Source: an uncultured candidatus Brocadiaceae bacterium
Lineage (GTDB): Bacteria; Planctomycetota; Brocadiia; SM23-32
Reading direction: 5' to 3'
Length of the DNA: 64,000 nucleotides
Assembly (NCBI GenBank): GCA_964592385.1
Contig: CAZQEQ010000006.1
Span: 1,328-65,327, forward strand
Below the pieces are notes generated by a model. The model did no database searches and was not told the origin of the DNA. It was given only the letters and a program-made list of their open reading frames with translations. How positions within the stretch are numbered: the first letter of the stretch is position 1; every line of letters begins with the position of its first letter. The position numbers and the translations under genes are program-made. Below are positions 36,850 to 46,000 of the stretch, in pieces.

Positions 36850-37275
36850 ATGAAGGCGAAACTGAAGATCGGGCTGGTGTTCGTCGGCGCGCTGTTCCTG
36901 GGTGCCATTGCGATGGCCATCTTCATGGGCATCAACACGCAAAGGGTCATGGCCATATACGCCGATGCGCAGCTTCAGGAGATGGCGATCAACGCACACC
37001 TGATTCGCGCCGGAAAGACGGCCGGACTCCTCGAACGCTACGACGTTGCCATTCCCCATAACACCGTCCAATTCGCCGCGTGTCACCGCAGGTATGCGCA
37101 AGGCAATGCCGCGCTTTGGGCTGTGGAACGTTACTACGAAAGCAACCCGTCCGTCCCGGTTCCTGCCGAGATCGTGCCGATCCTGGACGCATTGCCCCCC
37201 GGGCCGCCCACAAGTTGCGAGTTGAAGCAGCGGGCGGACGAGCCGGCTGCACCGGCGGAGGCGAATGCTGAGTAA
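36850..37275 (+). CDS. Hypothetical membrane-anchored protein
   Basis: 141 aa, N-terminal hydrophobic helix, AAGGAGG upstream. Confidence 0.6.
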   Translation: MKAKLKIGLVFVGALFLGAIAMAIFMGINTQRVMAIYADAQLQEMAINAHLIRAGKTAGLLERYDVAIPHNTVQFAACHRRYAQGNAALWAVERYYESNPSVPVPAEIVPILDALPPGPPTSCELKQRADEPAAPAEANAE

Positions 37276-37451
37276 AAGCGGCGCGGGATCGGTGACGAGG
37301 CATTGACGACTCGGGCGGAGGCGTCGGGCGATAGGGACGCGCCCGCGGGTGTTCTGTGAAGGCCACGCGAGGGATAGGCGGAGGGACCAACGGCTCGACG
37401 AGCGGGCAACGGGATCCTTGAGTGGCTTGACGGCCGGAAGCCCTGGGCGAG

Positions 37452-37921
37452 ATGAACGCCGCCGTGTTGCTCCTGGCGTTTGTCGTGGTTGCGCCGCTGA
37501 TCGAGACGCTCCTGGAATGCACGGTCCCCTATCAGCCCGTTGAAAAATGTAGCTCAGCCGCCCCCGGCTGAGAACGCCACAGGCGAGGGCGCCTGTGCTA
37601 CACCGACACGGCCCCTCGCGCAGGCACTCTCCGGGGAATCCTCCTTCTTCAACGGGCTGCTATACGACCACCGCCCGGGTTCGGAACTACAGGGAGAGAA
37701 GGCCCGAACACTGTTGGGGATTCGTCGCGATTTCGGCCTGCCTGATGGCCGCGTTCCACCCGATGCTTGCCGCAATATTGCCTTCGTTCATAACCGGCGC
37801 GTTCCTGGCGTATTGCTACGCGCACTTCGCACCGCGCGGCGCATGGCGGGTAATTGTTGCGACCGGCGTCTTCCACGGCGCCATCAACATTGTGGGATGG
37901 ACGATGATCGTGATGGGCTGA
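37452..37921 (+). pseudogene. CPBP/CAAX-protease-like membrane protein gene interrupted by a MITE
   Basis: Removing 37533-37663 restores a 112-aa frame with APLIETLL...AAFH...FHGAIN motifs. Confidence 0.6.
37533..37659. mobile_element. 127-bp MITE with terminal inverted repeats and CTAT target-site duplication
   Basis: CAGCCCGTTGAA (37533-37544) / TTCAACGGGCTG (37648-37659); CTAT at 37529-37532 and 37660-37663; contains the REPIN-like copy 2. Confidence 0.8.
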
Positions 37922-38147
37922 GGGGCGACGCGCCGCGGCGGCGACGCTCACCATCCTGGCGCCTGCCACAATCCGCATGGTGGAGGCGCCATTGTTGCTC
38001 TACGACGTGCCGGCAGGCCCGTGAGGGGCGGCCGCCTGCGGCCCGTGGGCGCGCGTCCGGTTTTGGGGGACGGTTTTCCGGCGCGGCAGGACGCGGCGTC
38101 CGGCCCGAATGGCCGTCTGACAGGGGGGGTGACACGCCGGCCGGGCA

Positions 38148-38840
38148 TCACTCCGTCGGGGAGTTCTCGAAGCGGTACCCGACGCCGCGGACGGTCCTCA
38201 CGTAGGTGGGCTCCTTCGGGTCGGGCTCGATCTTGCCGCGGAGCGTGTTGACGCACTGGTCCACGCTGCGCGGCGTGACGAATACGCTGCGGCCCCAGAC
38301 GGCGTCGAGGATCTGGTTGCGCGTCAGCGCCCGGCCGGGGCGGGAGACGAGCAGCGCGAGCAGGTCGTGCTCCTTCGGCGTCAGGCGCACCTCGGCCCCG
38401 TCCTTCAAGAGCGTCCGCGCCCGGACGTCCAGCTCGAACTCGCCGAACCGATACGTCTCAGGCTCGGCCCGCCGGCGGCGGCGCAGCAGGGCGTTCGCGC
38501 GCGCCAGCAGCTCCATGATGCCGAAGGGCTTGGTGACGTAGTCGTCCGCGCCGAGCTCGAGCCCGAGCACGATGTCCGCCTCCTGGCCCTTCGCGGTGAG
38601 CATGATGACGGGCACGTCGAGCCCGGCGTTCCGGAGCAGCCGGCAGACCTCGTAGCCGTTGATCACGGGGAGCATGATGTCGAGCACGATCAGGTCCGGG
38701 CGCCCGTCCAGCGCGGCTTTCAGGCCGGCCTCGCCGTCCGAAGCGGTGACGACCGAGTAGCCCTCGAACTCGAAGTTGCCCTTCAGCCCTTCGAGCATCG
38801 CGGGGTCGTCTTCAATGATCAGGACCGTCTCGTCCGGCAT
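38148..38840 (-). CDS. OmpR-family response regulator
   Basis: LIIEDD, LIVLDIMLP, LTAKG, ADDYVTKPF; winged-helix tail TVRGVGYRF. Confidence 0.96.
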   Translation of the reverse strand: MPDETVLIIEDDPAMLEGLKGNFEFEGYSVVTASDGEAGLKAALDGRPDLIVLDIMLPVINGYEVCRLLRNAGLDVPVIMLTAKGQEADIVLGLELGADDYVTKPFGIMELLARANALLRRRRRAEPETYRFGEFELDVRARTLLKDGAEVRLTPKEHDLLALLVSRPGRALTRNQILDAVWGRSVFVTPRSVDQCVNTLRGKIEPDPKEPTYVRTVRGVGYRFENSPTE

Positions 38841-38849
38841 GGTCGCTCC

Positions 38850-40697
38850 CTATTGTTCGGGGCGTTGCTCCGCCGCCGGCAGCCGCACGGTGAACGTGCT
38901 GCCGCGCCCCGGCGCGCTCTCGACGTCCACCGCGCCGCCGTGCGCGTCCACGATGAACTTGACGATGCTCAGCCCCAGCCCGCAGCCCTCCGCCCGGCGC
39001 GACAGGCGGCTGTCGGCCTGGTAGAAGCGCTCGAACGCCCGCCGCACCTCGCGCCGCGACATGCCGACGCCGTTGTCCTGCACCTCGAAGCAAACCTGCC
39101 CGTCCGCCGCGCGGGCGCGGAGGGCAATGCGCCTGTCCTCGCCGCTGTACTTGAAGGCGTTGTCGAGCAGGTTCAGCAGCACGGTCACCAGCGCGTCGCG
39201 GTCGCCCCGCACGGCCGGCAGTTCGGGCGCGATCTCCGTCTCGAACCGGCAGCCCGCCGCCGCGAAGCGTTCGGCGACGACGTCGGCCGCCTCCTGCGCG
39301 ACCTCCTCCGGCCGCAGGTCGGCCATCTCGAACGCCCGCCTGTCGCGCTCCATGCGCGAGAAACTCAGGAAGTTGTCAATCAGCCGGCTCAGCCGCTCGT
39401 TCTCGCTGACCAGCAGGTCCAGGTAGCGCCGCGCCTGCCCCTCGTCCTCGTAGCGGCCCTCGCGCAGCGTCTCGGCGAACATGCGGATCGCCGCCAGCGG
39501 CGTCTTCAGCTCATGCGTGACCGTCGCGATGAAGTCGTTCTTGAGCCGCGTCAGCCTCGCCTGGCGCAGCAGCAGGCGCCCGCCGATCAGCGCGAAGACC
39601 ACGACCGCCCCGACGCTCAGCAGGCTGGCCCAGAGGTATCCGGCGACTTCCTTCTCGGCGGCCGCCGAGAATGGGTCCCCGCCCCCGAGCCTCAGCGCCA
39701 GCCGCCAGCCGGGCAGCATCGCCCCGAGCGATGCCGTCAGGAACGCGTCCCCGTCGTCCCGTCCGTCGGGCGGGCGCAGTTCGACCGCCGTGCCCGGCAT
39801 GTCGGCCTCCCCGGCCAGCGTCCGCATCTCCTCCAGGAAATCCCCCTCGCGGAACAGGCCGACCGCGCGGCCGTCCGCCGACGCGAGCCGCCAGACGCCT
39901 GGAAGTGCCGTTCGCATCAGGCCCGAGCCGCCCGGCTCTGCGGGCTCGACCGCCAGGTATTCCGCCGCCAGATCCTCGGCGGGCAGGGCCGGGAACTCGA
40001 CGGCGTCACCCTCCATCTCCGTCAGCCGGCGCATGAGGAACCGCCGCTCGGCCGGCGGCATCGCGGGCGGCGAGTAGTCGTTCAGGCGCGCGGCGAGGGC
40101 GGCGCGCAGCTCAGCGTAGCGCGGCTCCGCCGGGTCGGCAATCAGTTCGAGCGCGCGCAGGCCGGCCAGCGGCGCGATCAGGCGGCCCGAGGCGTCGCGC
40201 GCCTCCGCGCCCTCCGGGTCGGCGAACATCCCGGCCAGCAGCTCCGCCGCGCCCTCCGCGTCGCCCGCATCAACGAGGCCGCGCGCCTCGGCCCAGGGGT
40301 CCAGCGCCCCGTCGTCCGCGCCGGGGGGCGGCGGCTCCGCCGGATAGGCCACGCCGCCGGCCTCGTCGCGTATGACCGCGCCCGCGCAGAGGCCGGACGT
40401 GACCAGCGCGGCGAACCGCTCCGGCGGGGCGGCGTCGGGGGCCGTCGCCGCGAGCGCGTCAGATTTGTCTTGCCAGTAGGCCGCGACGGCGGCGGCCGCC
40501 TCGTGCAGGGGCGGCTCGTATGCCTCGATGAGCTTCTGGCGCACGGCCAGGCGCGTGTTGCGGACCGCCTCGTTCATGAACCAGAGCACGCAGGCGGTCG
40601 GCACAGCGACGGCGAGCGCGAGCAGGACCAGCAGCCGCCAGGCCCCCTCGCCCGCCCCGCCCCCCATGCCGCGTCGTCTGGATTCACTCCTCGCCAT
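38850..40697 (-). CDS. Sensor histidine kinase
   Basis: Two TMs; H-box VTHELKTPL, N-box NLLDNAFKY, DNGVGM, GLGLSIV; ATG 40697 with GGAGG. Confidence 0.95.
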   Translation of the reverse strand: MARSESRRRGMGGGAGEGAWRLLVLLALAVAVPTACVLWFMNEAVRNTRLAVRQKLIEAYEPPLHEAAAAVAAYWQDKSDALAATAPDAAPPERFAALVTSGLCAGAVIRDEAGGVAYPAEPPPPGADDGALDPWAEARGLVDAGDAEGAAELLAGMFADPEGAEARDASGRLIAPLAGLRALELIADPAEPRYAELRAALAARLNDYSPPAMPPAERRFLMRRLTEMEGDAVEFPALPAEDLAAEYLAVEPAEPGGSGLMRTALPGVWRLASADGRAVGLFREGDFLEEMRTLAGEADMPGTAVELRPPDGRDDGDAFLTASLGAMLPGWRLALRLGGGDPFSAAAEKEVAGYLWASLLSVGAVVVFALIGGRLLLRQARLTRLKNDFIATVTHELKTPLAAIRMFAETLREGRYEDEGQARRYLDLLVSENERLSRLIDNFLSFSRMERDRRAFEMADLRPEEVAQEAADVVAERFAAAGCRFETEIAPELPAVRGDRDALVTVLLNLLDNAFKYSGEDRRIALRARAADGQVCFEVQDNGVGMSRREVRRAFERFYQADSRLSRRAEGCGLGLSIVKFIVDAHGGAVDVESAPGRGSTFTVRLPAAEQRPEQ

Positions 40698-42816
40698 ACC
40701 GCCCCTCCAGCCGGGCGATCTCATCCGTGAGTATCTTCACCTTCTCCTTGGCCGCTTCCCATTCGGAGGCTGCGCGGATGGCACTGACTTGCGCGCGCTC
40801 CAGAGAGTCCGCGTCGAGCCGGCCGCTTTCTGCCATCAACTTAGCGCGCGCCAGCGCCTCGCCTGTGGATTTCCGCTCGGCTTCCTTCGTCGTGAGTTCG
40901 GCCTCTGCATCCGCCAAGCGTATGCGCAGGTCGGCCAGGTTTGCCGCATTAGGGGCCGCAGGCGTCGGCAGCTCCCCCGGCTCGGCTTCCCGGAGGACGG
41001 CCCAGAGGCCGTCGGGGAGGGCGGCCAAGTCCAGCGGTTCGGAGACGACGACCCGCTCCTCGCCCGGCGAAAGCTCGCCCAGGGGCAGCACCTGCAGCGG
41101 CCCGCGCTGCTGGTCGGCCTCCCAGCCGCCACGCTCCGAGCGGGCATAAAGCTCCAGCACGCCCGCGTCGCTGTCGCCACGCTCCGAGCCGGCATAAAGC
41201 TCCGGCACCCCCGCGTCGCTCCCCTTGTCACCCTGCCTCTGGATGGTCATGCGCAGCCGGAGGGAATGGTCGCTGCTGTACAGGGCTGCACACCATCGGC
41301 CTGTCGCGCGGAACCCGGACGGCCACCTCACCGGCGTGTCCACGAACAACGGCGAAGTGGAGCGTGCGCTTACGTTTGCCCAGGCCCTCCAGGGGAGCCG
41401 GTCCGGCCGGGGGTCGGGCCGCAGGACGACCGTGCCGTCCGCAGCCTCCCACGCGTAGCCCGACAGGATGCACAGTATGTTCAGCGCGTGCTCGGCAGTC
41501 GTCTCAGTCGTGACGGTCACGGAGGTGACCTCCGGCGGCAGGTCGGAGTCCACGACCTGCAGCCGCAGGCCCGTCGCCCGGGCCAGGAACCCGGCCGCCT
41601 GGCGCAGCGGGGCGTCGCTCAGGGCCAGCGAGACCGGGGTCTGCAGGCGTGAGGAAACCTGCGCGGGGACGGAGCCCATCAGGCGCCCCGGCGGGCCGAG
41701 CTGCTCGACGCTGCCCACCATGATGGTGCCGCCCTCGACGCGCCAGCCGTGTCCGCTCAGCTCGCACGCGGCGTCGAGCAGGCGGTCCAGGTTCGTGGTC
41801 GTCTCCAGCCTGAGCTCCCGCTGGGCCCGTTCGGTGTTCTGTCCCGCCAGGACGTAGCTGATGGGCAGGTCGCGCTGGAGGCCCGCCACGAGCTGGTCCA
41901 TCGTCTGCGACCGGTAGCCGAACTTACTGAGTTCCGCCAGCTTCTCAACGAGGTCCGGGGGTAGCGGGCCAGCGGGCGGCTCCGCCTGCTGCACCATCTT
42001 GTAGCGGATCTTGACGCCGGCGGGGTCTTCGGTGAAGCCGACGATCTGCAGGATGCCCATCCCGCCCTCGCGGGTCCTGAAGAAGAAGCCCGCAGGCAGG
42101 CCGCCGTCGGCGCTCATCGTCGCTTTCGGCTGCATTGAGTCAACGGGTGCGGGCCTCAGACCCTCCAAGCGGCCCATGACTTCAGCAAGCGAGGCATCCC
42201 ATCCATGCGGCCCTGCGCCAACTGCCACAGTATCAAGCATGGCGAGAGCGCGTACGTCCGTTGCAGTATACCCGCCAGCATCTATGCCCAGCCGCCTGAC
42301 TACAGCCAGCGCCACCTGGGGGTTCCCAAGTTCATCCTCAGGCACGCCGAGGTCCCGCAGAGAGAACAACCTGCCCGTATCCAAGTCAATCAAGAAGTCC
42401 GGGCCGCCGGCGTCATCATATACCACCCGCTCGATCACCGGGCCGAAGGTGAGTTCGCCGGCGGGCGCAGGCGGCGGCTGGAGTTTCGCGAGTTCCCGCT
42501 CGGCGGCGCGGGTGAGGGCCTCCTGCTCGGGATAGCGCGAGGCGACCAACGCGAACTGCTCCCGCGCCTGTTCCTCGTCCCCCTTCGCCAGGTAGCACTT
42601 GCCGAGCCGGTAGCGCGCTTCGGCGACGTAACGGCGGTTCGCCTCGGCGTCGGCGACGATCTTGCTGTAGGTCTCGATGGCGCGGTCGAGGTCGCCGACC
42701 ACCTCCTCGGCATAGACGCCGGCCTCGAGCAGAACGGATACGTCGTCCCCGCGCGCCCCGGCGCCGAGGGCCGCCAGCGCCAGCACGGCCGTCACGATGA
42801 AATGTGCGCACCGCAT
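40684..42816 (-). CDS. Exported TPR protein with STN-like domains and C-terminal coiled coil
   Basis: Signal peptide; LLEAGVYAEEVVGDLDRAIETY...AEARYRLGKCY (TPR); LQTPVSLALSDAPLRQAA (STN-like); overlaps the kinase start. Confidence 0.75.
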   Translation of the reverse strand: MRCAHFIVTAVLALAALGAGARGDDVSVLLEAGVYAEEVVGDLDRAIETYSKIVADAEANRRYVAEARYRLGKCYLAKGDEEQAREQFALVASRYPEQEALTRAAERELAKLQPPPAPAGELTFGPVIERVVYDDAGGPDFLIDLDTGRLFSLRDLGVPEDELGNPQVALAVVRRLGIDAGGYTATDVRALAMLDTVAVGAGPHGWDASLAEVMGRLEGLRPAPVDSMQPKATMSADGGLPAGFFFRTREGGMGILQIVGFTEDPAGVKIRYKMVQQAEPPAGPLPPDLVEKLAELSKFGYRSQTMDQLVAGLQRDLPISYVLAGQNTERAQRELRLETTTNLDRLLDAACELSGHGWRVEGGTIMVGSVEQLGPPGRLMGSVPAQVSSRLQTPVSLALSDAPLRQAAGFLARATGLRLQVVDSDLPPEVTSVTVTTETTAEHALNILCILSGYAWEAADGTVVLRPDPRPDRLPWRAWANVSARSTSPLFVDTPVRWPSGFRATGRWCAALYSSDHSLRLRMTIQRQGDKGSDAGVPELYAGSERGDSDAGVLELYARSERGGWEADQQRGPLQVLPLGELSPGEERVVVSEPLDLAALPDGLWAVLREAEPGELPTPAAPNAANLADLRIRLADAEAELTTKEAERKSTGEALARAKLMAESGRLDADSLERAQVSAIRAASEWEAAKEKVKILTDEIARLEGRYGEE
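41128..41220 (-). repeat. In-frame 48-bp-period tandem duplication
   Basis: 41128-41172 vs 41176-41220: 42/45 identical; encodes SDAGV(P/L)ELYA(G/R)SERG twice. Confidence 0.85.
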
Positions 42817-43002
42817 AGCCCCGTCCTCCGCAAACATGGTATCGGTTTCCGCCGGCCTATCAAGGCGGAGTATAAGGAGCGAATGTCAGGGTTCTGTCAT
42901 GGAACGGAGGTTTTTCCGTCATGCTCGGCGGGTCGGCCCTCGCCGTCGCCTGGCGGAGGGCCCGGTGCAGTGGGGCCGCTGCATCGAAATTGGGATAGGC
43001 GG

Positions 43003-43011
43003 TGGTATAAT
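43003..43011 (+). promoter_or_regulatory. Extended -10 promoter element
   Basis: TGGTATAAT 50 bp upstream of ATG 43062. Confidence 0.5.
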
Positions 43012-43061
43012 GCTATAGAGCGCGCAGGTTATGGGAGACAGGGTTATGGAGGGCGGAGATT

Positions 43062-46000
43062 ATGAAGCGTATCTGCATCGCCGGGGTGTTGTGTCTGGTT
43101 GTCCTGCCGTTGGCCCGCGCTGTCGCGGTTGAGGAGGAGACAGGAGATTACGAGGCGCTCGCGCGCGCCGTGGGGAACGACGACCTGGCGGCGCTGCGCG
43201 CGGACGCGGAGGCGGGCGCCGCCCTGCTCCAACGGGCGGATGACGGGACGACGCTCCTTCACCTGGCCAGGTCGGCGGAGGCGGCGACCTTCCTGCTCGA
43301 CGCAGGCCTGGACATCGGGGCGCGGAACCACCTCGGGCGCACGCCGCTGCACGAGGCCGTGCTGCGCAACGACGCGGGGGTCGTCGGAGTGCTGATCGAG
43401 CGCGGGGCGGACGCGCAGGCGGGGGACATCTCGCAGTCCACGCCGATTTCAGTGACGAGGCATGCCCCCATCGACACGCGGGAAGCGGTTCGGGTGCTGA
43501 TCGACAAGGCCGTGCTGTCCAGGGAGGAGCCGGACCGGGCCGGGTTGGAGCGGGCGCTTTCCTGGGCGGCGCGGAACGGCGACGTGCCACTCGTCGAGGC
43601 CCTCCTGGCCCACGAGGGCCTCCGCGCTCCGCCCAGGCAGAACATCGAGGGCATCGCCGCCAGGGCGCGGGAGGAGGGCCACCCGGAGACGGCGGAGATA
43701 CTCGATGCCCTGGCCGAGACGCTGCCGCCGCCGCAACCCGGCCCGCCCAAGGGGACCTGGCCCGAGCCGTCGCCGCTGGTCAAGGCGGTGAAGGCGGGCG
43801 ACCTGACGGAGGTGCGCAGGCTCATCGCCGAAGGGGCCGAAGTCAACAAGCCCGGCGATTCGCTCTTCTGCCCGCTGACGCAGGCGCTCTTCGAAGACCG
43901 GCTCGACATCGCCGAGGTGCTCATCGAGGCCGGCGCGAACGTCAACGAGGCCGATCCGGGGGGCGCGACGGCGCTGCACTGGATGATGCAGTTCGGGGGG
44001 GCCGAGGGCACGGTCTTCCTTATACAGCACGGCGCGGACCACAACGCGAAAGACCTGGGCGGCTGGACGCCGCTCGGCCGGTGGCTGGACGCCTCCACCT
44101 GGTATGTGCTGGGCATTCCGCCGGCCGAGGCCGGGGAGGCAGACATCGTCCAAGTCCTGATGAAACTCGATGCCGACCTGACGAAGCCGTACCACGGAAG
44201 CACGACCCTCGTGCACGTAAGCTACTCCTTGGAGGCCACCAGGTACGTCATCGCGCAGGGCGGCGACGTGAACGCCAGGAGCCGCGAGCTGGGCAAGACG
44301 CCTCTGCACTTCCTCGCGCCCAACAGCGACAGCATGTTCGTCTCGCTCCTGGTCGAAGCCGGGGCACGGGTTAACGTCTGGGACCAGGAAGGCATGACGC
44401 CCCTGCACCGCGCCGTCAAGGCCGGCCGGATCGAGACTGCGGCGATCCTGCTGGACAACGCGGCCAACCCGAATGCCCGCGCCGGACGGGAGATGACCAC
44501 GCCGCTTCAGATGGCCGTGAGGAAGGAAGACAAGCCCCTGGTCGAACTCCTGCTCAAGCACGGGGCGGATGTCAACGCCAGGGACGGGCGCGGCAACGTG
44601 CCCCTGCTCGGGGCCCTGGGCGGCGACGGGTACGAGATTGCGGAACTGCTCGTGGCCAGCGGTGCCGACGTGAACGCAGTCCCGCTCACCTCCGTGCGGA
44701 GAACGGAGACAGCGGAGTTCCTGATCCGCCACGGTGCCCGGACCGACGTGCGATACAAGGACGACGCGACGGCGCTCCACAAGGCCGTCGAATGGGGTGG
44801 CAGCGGCATAGTGGAAATCCTGCTCAGGGAAGGCATCGAGGTCGATGCGAGGAACAAGTACGCACGGACGCCCCTTCATGTAGCCGCCGGAGGGGGCAAC
44901 CTGGGCGCCGTCAAGTCGCTGCTGGAGCACGGCGCCAACCCGAACGCCAGGGCGGAGCACAAGGTCACGCCCCTGCATGCGGGGGCACGGAGCGGGTCCC
45001 CAGCCGTCGTGCGGCTCCTCCTGGAGAAAGGAGCGGACGTCAACGCCCAGGCCGACGACGGCGAGACGCCCCTGCACCGAGCGGCTGAGTGCGGGGATGC
45101 CGCGGTCCTTGAGGTCCTCCTCGAAGCCGGCGCCCACCCCAACGCCCTCATCGGGTGGTCCAGGTACGGCCCGCTCCATAACGCAGTGAAGGGCGGCCAC
45201 GATCTCGCCGTCCAGCTCCTCGTCGAGGCCGGCGCCGACGTGAACGCGCCCAACAACCAGAACGTGACGCCGCTGGCGCTGGCGGAAAGCCGCGGCCACG
45301 CCGGCATTGCGCAGTTCCTCCGCTCAAGGGGCGCCAGCCTCATCGGCAGGGCGCTGCGGCTGCGCGTCCTCGATGCGCAGACCGGCGCGCCTCTGGCCGG
45401 GGCCGAGGCAAGCTTAAAGACGACCTTGGGCGCGCACGCCGACAGGACGGACGAGAGCGGCCGGTGCCTGGTTCCCGTGCGCCCGGGGCCCTCGCACGTC
45501 TACCTGACGGTCTCTGCGCCCAGTTACGTCCCGACGCTCGTTACCTGGCGGTCCGGGAGCGGGCAGCGCGAGGCCGAAATACCGGAGCAGTTCACGCTGG
45601 AGCTGCCCCGGGGCACGCCCATCGGCGGCGTCCTGCAGGACGGGGAAGGCCGGCCCATCGCGGGCGCGAAGGTGTTCCTCACAATCCCGCAGTCCTACAA
45701 CGTCGCCGTTCAGCCCGCCGTCGAGCGTTACGCGGTGACCACGGACGCGGAGGGACGCTGGCGGTGCGACGCGACGCCGGTGGACCTTCGCGGGCTCAAG
45801 ATCGAGCCGGAGCACCCGGGCTACGTGGCCCGGGAGTCCTATAACTCCCAGAGCGCGGACCCCCGCGACCTGCACGAGATGACGGCCAGGCTCGTGATGC
45901 AGAAGGAGCTGTCCGTCGAGGGGGTCGTCCTGGCGCCGGACGGCCGCCCCGTCGAGGGTGCCGCCGTTGCGCTGGGCGCCCGCGGCCCACGGTTCCACGA

